This document shows, piece by piece, positions 28,129 through 37,070 of a stretch of 64,000 nt of DNA (its first letter is position 1; each line of letters starts with the position of its first letter). The notes below the pieces were generated by a model. That model did not search any database, was not told the origin of the DNA, and saw only the letters and a list, made by a program, of their open reading frames with translations. Position numbers and translations under genes: made by a program. The DNA is taken from positions 7,236-71,235 of the forward strand of contig CAYMSW010000001.1 in the NCBI GenBank assembly GCA_964393215.1. Direction: 5' to 3'. The DNA is from Candidatus Woesearchaeota archaeon (GTDB lineage Archaea > Nanobdellota > Nanobdellia > SCGC-AAA011-G17 > PNOQ01).

Positions 28129-29270
28129 TTTAGGAACTTCTCCAAACGATTTATTGCTTCTTTTATTTTGTTTAAATCAGTTGCATAGCTAAACCTAACA
28201 TATCCTTCTCCAAATTTTCCAAACTCTGTGCCAGGAACAGCAGCAACTTTAGCCTTCTTTATCATATCTTTAACAAATTTTAAACTATTCTTTGAATAAT
28301 CCTTAATATTTGAAAAAGCATAGAAAGCACCATCTGGAACAGAAGTGCTCAAACCAAGCTCATTTAATTTAGGAACAATATAATTCCTACGCCTTCTATA
28401 TTCTTTCAACATTTTACCAATATATTTATCACCAACGGACAATGCCTTAAGCCCCATCAATTGAGATACATTTGGTGCACAGATATTCAAATACTGGGAT
28501 ACTTTAGTCATAGCTTCGATAACTTCTTGAGGTCCAGAAGCATAACCAACTCTAAACCCACACATCGCATGCGCCTTAGAAAATGTTTGGAAAGTAACAA
28601 CATATTCTTTCATACCATTCAAAGAACCGATAGAAACATGTTTAGCATCATAGATTACTTTCTCATAAGCTTCATCAGAAAAAACATAAACATCATTTTC
28701 AACTGCAATGTCAGCAACTTCTTCCAAAACTTTTTTCCTAATAACAGTTCCAGTTGGATTTGATGGAGAATTTAGAATGATAACTCTTGTTTTCTTCTTA
28801 TCAATCACTTTCTTAATCTCATCAGAATCTATTTCAAAATTATTAGATTCCTTAAGTCTAACAAATTTAGGAACAGCACTTACCAATTCAACAGCAGGAA
28901 TGTAATCCATGTAAGAAGGATTTGGAATAACAACTTGGTCTTTCGGATCTAAAACAGATAACAAGCCAGCAAACAATGCAGACTGACTACCAGGTGTAAC
29001 AATAATATTGCTTGGTTTAAAATTAATCTTATTATCTTTCTTTAACTTTTTACATATTGCTTCTCTTAATGGAGTTATTCCTTGTGGAGAAGTATAATGT
29101 GTTGACTTTCCAATTACTTTAGCACCATGTTTCAAAATAGGTTTAGGAGTAACAAAGTCAGGTTCACCAGGACCTAAAGAGATAATATCCTTAGATTCCG
29201 ACGATATTTTTAACAATTCACCTATCAACGCTTCAGGTAAATCGACCTCTCTTTCAGACAATTCTTTCAT
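28125..29270 (-). CDS. PLP-dependent aminotransferase class I/II
   Basis: GEPDF, NSPSNPTG, DEAY, FSKAHAMCGFRVG, GAFY. Confidence 0.93.
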   Translation of the reverse strand: MKELSEREVDLPEALIGELLKISSESKDIISLGPGEPDFVTPKPILKHGAKVIGKSTHYTSPQGITPLREAICKKLKKDNKINFKPSNIIVTPGSQSALFAGLLSVLDPKDQVVIPNPSYMDYIPAVELVSAVPKFVRLKESNNFEIDSDEIKKVIDKKKTRVIILNSPSNPTGTVIRKKVLEEVADIAVENDVYVFSDEAYEKVIYDAKHVSIGSLNGMKEYVVTFQTFSKAHAMCGFRVGYASGPQEVIEAMTKVSQYLNICAPNVSQLMGLKALSVGDKYIGKMLKEYRRRRNYIVPKLNELGLSTSVPDGAFYAFSNIKDYSKNSLKFVKDMIKKAKVAAVPGTEFGKFGEGYVRFSYATDLNKIKEAINRLEKFLK

Positions 29271-29331
29271 TATATTAGAAATTAAAAATCAGAGTATAAA
29301 TAAGTTTTGATAAAAAAATAGAAAGGAGAAA

Positions 29332-29637
29332 TTATCTTCTCCTTCTTGTTGTTTTTCTTGCAGTTGTTCTTCTCTTAGCAGTAGTTCTACGTGCAGTTGT
29401 TCTTCTCTTAGCAGTAGTTTTTCTTGCAGTAGCTCTTCTGGCTGTCTTTCTTTTTGCAGTAGTTCTACGTGTTGCTGTCTTTCTCTTAGCAGTAGTTCTA
29501 CGTGCAGTAGTTCTTCTCTTTGCAGTTGTTCTTCTCTTTGCAGTTGTTCTTCTTGCAGTAGTTCTACGTGCAGTCTTTCTCTTAGCAGTAGTTCTACGTG
29601 CAGTCTTTCTTTTTGCAGTTCTTCTTGCGGCTGCCAT
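29332..29637 (-). CDS. Histone H1/protamine-like, extremely basic repeat protein
   Basis: 101 aa containing only M/A/T/K/R (48 K+R) in TTA(K/R)(R/K)(R/K) repeats; GGAGGT RBS at 29646-29651; synonymous variation between repeats. Confidence 0.8.
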   Translation of the reverse strand: MAAARRTAKRKTARRTTAKRKTARRTTARRTTAKRRTTAKRRTTARRTTAKRKTATRRTTAKRKTARRATARKTTAKRRTTARRTTAKRRTTARKTTRRRR

Positions 29638-29769
29638 GTTTGTTTACCTCCGTATGTTAAATCAAACCATGATTTACAACAAAATTTTAAAGTTAAAAGT
29701 TTATAAACCTTTTTATTTTAACAAAAAACAAACAAAAAAGTTTTTAATTTGCAAAAAACAAACAAAAAC

Positions 29770-30180
29770 ATGCAATACAAATACATAAGTCACACAGCGG
29801 ATGCAAAATTTGTAGCTTTTGGTAGAAACATCGACGGTGTTTTCAAGAACTCTGCACTAGCAATGTTTAACATTTTAGGTCCAACTAACAAAGTAAAAGC
29901 AACAAAAACAAAGAAAATTAAACTAAAATCAAAAAGTTACGAACAACTGTTGTACGATTTCTTAGAAGAGTTGTTGTTTCTGTTAGACACTGAACGTTTT
30001 TTCTTAAACAAAGTAAAAGAAATTAAAATAACAAAAGAGTTTGAACTAAGCGCAACAGTTTTAGGCGATGATTGTAGAAACTATGAATTAAAAAGCGATA
30101 TAAAGGCAGTAACATACAGCGATATGGAAATAAAAAAGACAAAAACCGGCTACGAAGCAACAGTAGTTATTGATATTTAA
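29770..30180 (+). CDS. Archease
   Basis: HTAD, FLEELLF, IKAVTYS, C-terminal VIDI; adjacent to rtcB. Confidence 0.93.
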   Translation: MQYKYISHTADAKFVAFGRNIDGVFKNSALAMFNILGPTNKVKATKTKKIKLKSKSYEQLLYDFLEELLFLLDTERFFLNKVKEIKITKEFELSATVLGDDCRNYELKSDIKAVTYSDMEIKKTKTGYEATVVIDI

Positions 30181-30181
30181 G

Positions 30182-31609
30182 ATGGAATCAACAAAGAAAA
30201 TAAGAAAAAATGTCTATCAAGTAGACAAAAAAGGATCAATGAATGTTCCTGTTAAGATCTTTGCATCAGAGAAACTTCTATCAAAAATGGAACAAGACGA
30301 TAGCATTAAACAGGGAATTAATGTTGCATGCATGCCCGGAATTCAGAAACAGAGTATCATGATGTCAGATGCACATCAAGGATATGGATTTCCCGTCGGT
30401 GGAGTAGCCGCTTTTGATGTAAAGAAAGGATGTATTTCTCCAGGAGGAATTGGATTTGACATCAATTGCGGAGTTAGGCTTTTAACAAGTAACTTAACAA
30501 AAGAAGAAGTTGAAAAAGAGATAGACAACGTCTTAACATCCTTATTTGCAAATATTCCATGTGGAGTTGGCAAAGAATCAAAACTAAGATTATCAGACAA
30601 AGATTTTGATGAAGTTCTAAACACAGGTCTAAGCTGGACATTAAAAAACAAATACGCAACAAAAGAAGATTTAGACAGATGTGAAGAAAATGGACATATG
30701 AAAACAGCGGATGCAACAAAAGTTAGCCCAAAAGCAAGAAAAAGAGGAAGAAAACAATTGGGAACATTGGGTGCAGGAAACCATTTCTTAGAGATACAAT
30801 ATGTAGATAAGATATTTGACAAAGAAACCGCAAAAGTTTTCGGAATAAACAAAGAAAACCAAATTGTAATAATGATTCATACTGGTTCAAGAGGACTTGG
30901 ACACCAAACTTGTTCAGACTACTTAAGAAAAATAGAAGATGCCTTCCCAGAGGTAGTTTCAAAACTTCCAGAAAAAGACCTAGCATATGCTCCAACAGAT
31001 TCTAAACTTGCAAAAGATTATTTGGGTGCAATGAGTGCAGCAGCAAACTTCGGTTGGTGCAATAGACAAATAATTACTTACCAAGCAAGAAAGGCGTTTA
31101 ACAAAGTATTTGGCAGTGCCAAACTAGATTTGATCTATGATGTTGCACACAATATTGCAAAGGTTGAAGAATACACAATCAAAGAAAAAAAAACAAAAGT
31201 TTACGTTCACAGAAAAGGAGCTACAAGAGCATTTGGACCAGGACATAAAGAAATACCAAAAGTTTACAGAAAAGTTGGCCAACCCATCTTAATTCCAGGT
31301 TCAATGGGAACCGCGTCATATATTTTAGTTGGAACAGATAAAGCAATGAACGAAACATTTTCAAGTACACCTCATGGCGCAGGAAGACTAATGTCAAGAC
31401 ATGAAGCCAATAAAAGATTTGGTTCAGAGAAAATAATGGGGGATTTAGAGAAAAACAAAATTTATATTAAGGCAGCATCAAGAAGAGGAATAACCGAAGA
31501 AGCTCCGGGAGCCTACAAGGACGTTGACGAAGTAATAAAAGTCGCAGATGAAGTAGGTATTGGAAAAAAAGTGGCAAGATTAAAACCGCTTGGAGTAATC
31601 AAAGGTTAG
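30182..31609 (+). CDS. rtcB: RNA ligase RtcB
   Basis: DAHQGYGFPVGG, GFDINCG, GNHFLE, HTGSRG, HNIAK, HRKGA, HGAGR, EEAPGAYK. Confidence 0.97.
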   Translation: MESTKKIRKNVYQVDKKGSMNVPVKIFASEKLLSKMEQDDSIKQGINVACMPGIQKQSIMMSDAHQGYGFPVGGVAAFDVKKGCISPGGIGFDINCGVRLLTSNLTKEEVEKEIDNVLTSLFANIPCGVGKESKLRLSDKDFDEVLNTGLSWTLKNKYATKEDLDRCEENGHMKTADATKVSPKARKRGRKQLGTLGAGNHFLEIQYVDKIFDKETAKVFGINKENQIVIMIHTGSRGLGHQTCSDYLRKIEDAFPEVVSKLPEKDLAYAPTDSKLAKDYLGAMSAAANFGWCNRQIITYQARKAFNKVFGSAKLDLIYDVAHNIAKVEEYTIKEKKTKVYVHRKGATRAFGPGHKEIPKVYRKVGQPILIPGSMGTASYILVGTDKAMNETFSSTPHGAGRLMSRHEANKRFGSEKIMGDLEKNKIYIKAASRRGITEEAPGAYKDVDEVIKVADEVGIGKKVARLKPLGVIKG

Positions 31610-31680
31610 GGGCTTGTGGTGTAGTGGTATCACACAACGCTGGCAGCGTTGAGAACCGGGTCCGATTCCCGGCAGGTCCA
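31610..31680 (+). tRNA. tRNA-Ala(GGC)
   Basis: Acceptor GGGCTTG/CAGGTCC with G3:U70; anticodon arm CAACG-CTGGCAG-CGTTG. Confidence 0.9.
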
Positions 31681-31688
31681 TATAAAAA

Positions 31689-32096
31689 ATGACAGACTGT
31701 ATATTTTGTAAAATAGCAAAAGGAGAAATTCCTGCAGAAAAAGTCTATGAAGACGAAGAAACAATAGCTTTCTTAGACATAGAACCGGTAGCAAAAGGAC
31801 ACACTTTAGTAATCCCAAAGAAACATTTTGAAACAATGGACGAAATGGACGAAGAAACTATGCTGACAACACAAAAAACAGTGCAAAAAATAGCTAAAGC
31901 ACTATTAAAATTCAACCAAGGGTACAATGTTAACCAAAATAACAAGCCAGAAGCAGGACAGATAGTGCCACACGTACACTATCATATTATCCCAAGAAAC
32001 AAAAATAAAGAACTACTTTTCACATGGCCAAAGATTAAAATATCAAAAGAAGAAATGGAAGAGGAAAAATCCAAGATAAAAAGCTTTTTAAAATAA
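31689..32096 (+). CDS. HIT family hydrolase
   Basis: DCIFCKI, GHTLVIPK, GQIVPHVHYHIIPR. Confidence 0.95.
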   Translation: MTDCIFCKIAKGEIPAEKVYEDEETIAFLDIEPVAKGHTLVIPKKHFETMDEMDEETMLTTQKTVQKIAKALLKFNQGYNVNQNNKPEAGQIVPHVHYHIIPRNKNKELLFTWPKIKISKEEMEEEKSKIKSFLK

Positions 32097-32115
32097 AATT
32101 CTCACCCGATTCTAG

Positions 32116-32188
32116 GGCGCCTTAGTTCAGTGGTTAGAATGCTGCTCTCATGCGGCAGAGGTCCCCGGTTCAAATCCGGGAGGCGCCA
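32116..32188 (+). tRNA. tRNA with CAT anticodon (elongator Met or Ile2)
   Basis: Acceptor GGCGCCT/AGGCGCC; anticodon arm CTGCT-CTCATGC-GGCAG; T arm CCCGG-TTCAAAT-CCGGG. Confidence 0.85.
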
Positions 32189-33907
32189 CTATTCTTTCAT
32201 CAATTTATGCAAATACTTATAGTGCTTATCTTTCAATTTCTTTGCATATCCAGAATCTTTCAAAACTCTTTGTATAATCAAAGAAACCTTTTCACCGCCC
32301 AAAATGTGCGGAAGAATTACATAATCGGCACCTTTCTCATACAATTTATCTGCTTCATGAACGTGCTGAGCAGTCAACAAAACTTTAATTTTTGGATTAA
32401 TCTTCTTCACATAATCTAACAAGAATAAAGTATCTTCTTCATCAGGAACAGTAGATATTATGACCTTAACCTTTCTGAGATTTAACTTTTCCAAAACTTC
32501 AGTATTATTAATATCACCATAAATACAAGACTCTCCTCTTGATATCATATGTTTTATTATATCTGGATTGTTATCAACAACAATAGTGCTTCTCCTCATT
32601 CTCCTCAAAGTGTCATAGAAAATAGAACCCATCCTATGTTTACCAATTAAAACAACTGTTTTGGCATGACTCTTTGCGAGGTATTCCATTTTTCTATGCT
32701 TTAATTGAACCTTTTCAAAAAAAGTTAAAATTGGAGAAAAGATTCTATAAAAAACATTTTTGAACTCTAACAAATAAGAAGTCAAACCCATAGTAACAAT
32801 AGTCAAGAATATAATTATTGTAAACAACTCAGTGGAAATAAGTCCGAAAACAAAAGGCAAGGTTACCAAAATCAAAGAGAATTCACTAGTTTGACCCATA
32901 CTCAATCCAGTCAAGAAAGAAGTTCTCTTTTCATATCCAAATAAGTTTACAACTAAGAATATAATTATTGGCTTTACAAATATTATAATCAAGAACAAAA
33001 TTCCAAGAATCTTCCAATTCTGTGCAAATGAGAAAGGAGCAAGTTGCATACCTATTGCAACAAAGAATATTGTTGAAAAGAAGCTCTTCAACGGATTTAC
33101 CTTACCAATTATATCCATGTAATAAGGAAGATTAGATAGAGCAATACCGCCCAAGAAAGCACCAATGGCTATTGAAAAGTCAAGTAAATGAGCAACAATC
33201 GCAAACAAGAACAGGACAGTCAACGAAGACAAGAATAATAATTCCTTAGTTCTTGCTGCAAAACCAAAAATCCAAGGGAAAATAAACCTACCTGCCAAGA
33301 AAGCAATTACAAATAGAAGCAATCCTTTAGCCATCGCAATAGCAATAGTGGATAACTCAAAGTTTCCAAAGTTACTCAACATAGCCATTGCCAGAATTAC
33401 AACAATATCTTGAACAATCAATATTCCCAAGGCAATTTTACCGTGCAAAGTATCTAACTCATTCTTATCAGACAACAGCTTAATTACAATCATAGTACTG
33501 CTAAATGCTAAGAATAAACCAACAATCAGAGATTCAAAGTATGAGAAACCTAGCCAAGATGCAGTATAGAATCCTACAAAATAAACAGCAAGAACCTGTA
33601 TCAAACCGCCAACGCTTGCGACAGCACCAACATGTTTAAGCTTTGACAGATTAATTTCCAACCCAACTACGAACAATAAAAACGCAATACCAAATTCAGA
33701 TATAGCTCTAATCAACTCTTGATCTTCAATCAAACCAAAACCAATCGGACCCAAAATTAGACCAGTAACAATATATGCTGGAATAAGTGGTTGCTTCAAC
33801 AATCTAGCAAAATAAGCGATAATTGTGGCAAGAATTATCAAGAGTCCAATATCAACAAGAATGTTCTGGTTCAATATCGAAAAGATCTGCGAAAACTCCA
33901 TAGTCAC
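32189..33907 (-). CDS. CPA2 cation:proton antiporter with C-terminal RCK/TrkA-N domain (Kef-like)
   Basis: GIAFLLFVVGLE, FSSTMI, ILIVQD, QTSEFS; cytoplasmic YGD..., GADYVILP. Confidence 0.92.
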   Translation of the reverse strand: MTMEFSQIFSILNQNILVDIGLLIILATIIAYFARLLKQPLIPAYIVTGLILGPIGFGLIEDQELIRAISEFGIAFLLFVVGLEINLSKLKHVGAVASVGGLIQVLAVYFVGFYTASWLGFSYFESLIVGLFLAFSSTMIVIKLLSDKNELDTLHGKIALGILIVQDIVVILAMAMLSNFGNFELSTIAIAMAKGLLLFVIAFLAGRFIFPWIFGFAARTKELLFLSSLTVLFLFAIVAHLLDFSIAIGAFLGGIALSNLPYYMDIIGKVNPLKSFFSTIFFVAIGMQLAPFSFAQNWKILGILFLIIIFVKPIIIFLVVNLFGYEKRTSFLTGLSMGQTSEFSLILVTLPFVFGLISTELFTIIIFLTIVTMGLTSYLLEFKNVFYRIFSPILTFFEKVQLKHRKMEYLAKSHAKTVVLIGKHRMGSIFYDTLRRMRRSTIVVDNNPDIIKHMISRGESCIYGDINNTEVLEKLNLRKVKVIISTVPDEEDTLFLLDYVKKINPKIKVLLTAQHVHEADKLYEKGADYVILPHILGGEKVSLIIQRVLKDSGYAKKLKDKHYKYLHKLMKE

Positions 33908-33987
33908 CTCTACATCATTTTTAAATTATTTGTTATTTAAAGGTTTCTTTGAGATAGATTATTAAATTCAGACAACCAAACAAAAAT

Positions 33988-34299
33988 ATGAAATCATTCA
34001 ACGAAAAATGCTATGAATTACTTAAGAAAGTTCCCAAAGGAAAAATAACAACTTACAAAGAAATAGCAAATGCATTGAACACAAAAGCCTACAGGGCAGT
34101 TGGGAATGCAATGAACAAAAACCCATATGCACCAGAAGTTCCATGTCACAGAGTTATCAACGCAAATGGTTCTTTAGGAGGATTCGCATCGGGATTAAAA
34201 AATAAAATAAAAATTCTAAAAGAAGAAGGTGTAGAAATAAAAGAAAATAAGATAAATCTAGACAAATATCTTTACAAGTTTACTTCTTCCCCAAAGTAA
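33988..34299 (+). CDS. O6-methylguanine-DNA methyltransferase family protein
   Basis: GKITTYKEIA, RAVGNAM, PCHRV active site. Confidence 0.92.
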   Translation: MKSFNEKCYELLKKVPKGKITTYKEIANALNTKAYRAVGNAMNKNPYAPEVPCHRVINANGSLGGFASGLKNKIKILKEEGVEIKENKINLDKYLYKFTSSPK

Positions 34300-34615
34300 T
34301 CTCAATAGTTGATACTCTAACTTGTTTTCCCTCTTTGTTCTTGAACTCTTCACTGCCTATATCAATCTTACTAATCTCACAAGTGTTCTCTAAAAATCTC
34401 CTAGTAGCTACTTCAGCGACATCTACAGCCCTAGAAATAAACTTTCCTCTTGCCTTAACAACAATTTCATTGGCATTCTGGGTCGTAAACTGCATAACAA
34501 CACCCGTAACATAGTTCATAAACGGCTTACCGCCAATAAAAACCACATTATCATCGCTGTTACGTTTTTGTACTTCTCGCCTTGCATCTGGTTGCTGAGT
34601 CGTGTCTTCTGCCAT
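34280..34615 (-). CDS. albA: Chromatin protein Alba
   Basis: VFIGGKPFMNYV, KARGKFISRAVDVAE, VSTIEI; GGAGGT RBS. Confidence 0.95.
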   Translation of the reverse strand: MAEDTTQQPDARREVQKRNSDDNVVFIGGKPFMNYVTGVVMQFTTQNANEIVVKARGKFISRAVDVAEVATRRFLENTCEISKIDIGSEEFKNKEGKQVRVSTIEITLGKK

Positions 34616-34639
34616 ATTCATTACCTCCGTAAAAAATGA

Positions 34640-34831
34640 TTATGATTTCTGTTGCCTTGCCAGTCTAGTCATATATCCGGCTATAATATTCCTTAGTTTC
34701 TTAGATCTAACTTCTACCAACTCTTCAACTACTTTCTTATTATCTGAGAAATTACTCTTAAATTTATCTGGATTATCTCTAAATAGCTTCAGAGTTACCC
34801 TTTTGATCATTGTAGTCTTGATTCTTCCCAT
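34640..34831 (-). CDS. rps17e: 30S ribosomal protein S17e
   Basis: MGRIKT, SKKLRNIIAGY. Confidence 0.95.
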   Translation of the reverse strand: MGRIKTTMIKRVTLKLFRDNPDKFKSNFSDNKKVVEELVEVRSKKLRNIIAGYMTRLARQQKS

Positions 34832-34863
34832 GCCATAGGCTTACGAGAGGCTATTTATAAAAG

Positions 34864-36093
34864 TTACTTTTTACGGCGTTTATACATGAAAATTGCGTAA
34901 TTTGCGGGATTTTTGAACTTCTTCATAATGTGTTCTGGGTCAGGAATGCCCAAATCATCATAATAACCACTATTATCATAGTTTGGAGGAAGTATTTTCT
35001 CTCTCTGCCTTTTATGCCAGTTTAATTGAGACAATATATAACCTTCTTTCAAAGGTTCGGGATTTTGATCATTCCACTTTCTAACTAATTTTTCAATATC
35101 TTCAAAACCCCAACCAACAGTTTTCAAAAAATTCAATAAAATGAACAAAAATCTCTTTTTTCCATCTTCTAAACCTTCTAAACCTTTTTTTATGCTTTCG
35201 GGGAAGAATTCCTCAGGAACTTTATCAGTAAATTCCTCATATTTTTTTGCCGCACCAGTAGTTTCCAAATGCTCTTCTCTCCTAACTTCTCTCTCTTTTT
35301 TTCGATAATGCCAATCAAAGGCCTGCATCATAAGATTAGTTGCATCTTTCTCAATTATTTTATCTCTATTTTCCAAAAATTCAACATCAAATTTTACTGT
35401 TTCTGGATTGGCCAAACTTTTATCAAAACCCAATATATTTTCTGGCTTTATTGGCAAGCTAACTAAACCACTCTTTTCATGCATAGAATAGGGAGCCCTA
35501 TACATATGTCTGCTAGATATCAAAACAGTATCAATCTTTAGAGCTTCATCAACCCTCTCCTCAAATTTCTCAATCAAATGTTTCTTTATTATGCTAATTA
35601 AATACTCAGTTATTATTTTAGGTCCATCAGGAAACTGATCTTTTATCAAAATATCATTGACTTCAACAGGAAATGCTTCAAAAGGAACAACAATATGGAA
35701 ACCTTTGTTTCCGGAATACTTCACAAATATGCTTTTTACATCATTAAATTTCAAAGCCTCAACAAGAAAGTGTGAAACTACCTTTGAATCTTCTAAATCA
35801 GGACTATCAACATCAAGAACAAGATCCCAGCCAGCCCTCAAATTATCTAACTTCTTCTTAGGCATTCCCGGTTCCAAAGACAAAGGATCAGACCATCTTT
35901 CCTCGGAAATATGAAACGAAGTGCCACCATCTTTGGCAAAATCCAACACCTCTCCATCATATTGAATTATATTTGGCCGTCTAGCGAACCTATCTAAACC
36001 CAATTGCACGCCAACCTCTCTATCTTTACAGTTCGCTGCAATTCCTCTTTGCACATCCAATCTAGAGTAATACTTCAAAAAATTTACTTCCAT
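34864..36093 (-). CDS. Fused PriS-PriL DNA primase (DPANN type)
   Basis: GWDLVLDVD, YSGNKGFH, RHMYRAPYSMHEK (PriS) followed by a PriL-CTD-like DGKKRFLF...PPN...KNP region; start ATG 36093. Confidence 0.9.
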   Translation of the reverse strand: MEVNFLKYYSRLDVQRGIAANCKDREVGVQLGLDRFARRPNIIQYDGEVLDFAKDGGTSFHISEERWSDPLSLEPGMPKKKLDNLRAGWDLVLDVDSPDLEDSKVVSHFLVEALKFNDVKSIFVKYSGNKGFHIVVPFEAFPVEVNDILIKDQFPDGPKIITEYLISIIKKHLIEKFEERVDEALKIDTVLISSRHMYRAPYSMHEKSGLVSLPIKPENILGFDKSLANPETVKFDVEFLENRDKIIEKDATNLMMQAFDWHYRKKEREVRREEHLETTGAAKKYEEFTDKVPEEFFPESIKKGLEGLEDGKKRFLFILLNFLKTVGWGFEDIEKLVRKWNDQNPEPLKEGYILSQLNWHKRQREKILPPNYDNSGYYDDLGIPDPEHIMKKFKNPANYAIFMYKRRKK

Positions 36094-36130
36094 AAAAAAA
36101 GGAAACGCCCTATGTCTTAAATATATTTGG

Positions 36131-36508
36131 TTACTGAGAAACAAGCTGGGATTCTATCTTTTGGACTTCAGAATTCATCTCAACAGAGATTTTCTTCAAC
36201 TCAGTTATCTGATTACCAATAATATTAACTGCGGATTTGAAATCTTTTTTAACAAGAATACCTGCACCAACATTCATTAGAACATCTTTTGGTTTCTTTA
36301 TCTCAGACTCTAAAAAAACTCCGCTTCCAAATGGAACAAAAGATTTTTTATCATCCATATCTTCCAAACCGCCAAGGCCTTCTTTTAATCCTTCTAATTC
36401 AACTATTTGTTGAGATATTGCATCAATTTGACTCTTAAGATTGTTCAAATTATGACTCATGAGCTGCATTTCAAGAGCTTGCAACTGCTCTTTATCTAAT
36501 CCTTTCAT
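36131..36508 (-). CDS. pfdA: Prefoldin alpha subunit
   Basis: Coiled coils flanking VPFGSGVF and VLMNVGAG hairpins. Confidence 0.88.
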   Translation of the reverse strand: MKGLDKEQLQALEMQLMSHNLNNLKSQIDAISQQIVELEGLKEGLGGLEDMDDKKSFVPFGSGVFLESEIKKPKDVLMNVGAGILVKKDFKSAVNIIGNQITELKKISVEMNSEVQKIESQLVSQ

Positions 36509-36813
36509 TTTTTCTTTTTCTCTTTAGTTTCAACTTTCTTCTTAGGCGGGCTTCTCTTAACTTTCTTTTTCTCAACAACTTTCATTTTAGAAGTAGCCAT
36601 AGCTTTACGAACATCTGTTGTAGTCGCACCTTTTTTTATTTTAAGAACATCCTTCAATGGTTCCAAATGTTTAACATTACATTTCTTTCTTCTAACATTC
36701 CCATCTATTAGAACAAAACCATCTTTCATAACATCAACAACTACTGCAGTCTGTCCAGCATCCCTTCCAGCAATTTTGACACAAACTCTTCCAACTTCAA
36801 ACATTTTACTCAA
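36505..36813 (-). CDS. rpl14e: 50S ribosomal protein L14e
   Basis: EVGRVCVKIAGRDAG, NVKHLEP. Confidence 0.95.
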   Translation of the reverse strand: MSKMFEVGRVCVKIAGRDAGQTAVVVDVMKDGFVLIDGNVRRKKCNVKHLEPLKDVLKIKKGATTTDVRKAMATSKMKVVEKKKVKRSPPKKKVETKEKKKK

Positions 36814-37069
36814 TTTGCTCCTTTATCTTTTTCCTACTACAAGCAGAACACAATACTCCACCATACGGCCTAGAAGGTCTTTTCTTTGTTTTTGACAAGC
36901 TCTTAAACTTTGATTGTATTAATTTTGGAATTCCTTGCAAAGGTTTCTTACAAGAGCTACACTTCCTTATGCTCAAACTTCTTTTTTTATAATGAACGAC
37001 ATTCTTCCCACTAGGTGTTTTCACAAACACTCTTCTTAACGTTCTTGATTTATGTTTTCCTGCTGGCAT
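36806..37069 (-). CDS. rpl34e: 50S ribosomal protein L34e
   Basis: KTPSG, CSSC, RPYGGVLCSAC. Confidence 0.95.
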   Translation of the reverse strand: MPAGKHKSRTLRRVFVKTPSGKNVVHYKKRSLSIRKCSSCKKPLQGIPKLIQSKFKSLSKTKKRPSRPYGGVLCSACSRKKIKEQIE

Positions 37070-37070
37070 T

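Noticed and set aside
29340..29630. Repeats such as gcagtagttctacgt as a CRISPR array or non-coding satellite
   Set aside because: No unique spacers; the repeats keep one reading frame, vary synonymously and follow a strong RBS, so they are coding
29722..29768. 17-bp direct repeat CAAAAAACAAACAAAAA x2 in the divergent promoter region
   Set aside because: Low-complexity A/C sequence in an A-rich intergenic region; cannot be separated from chance
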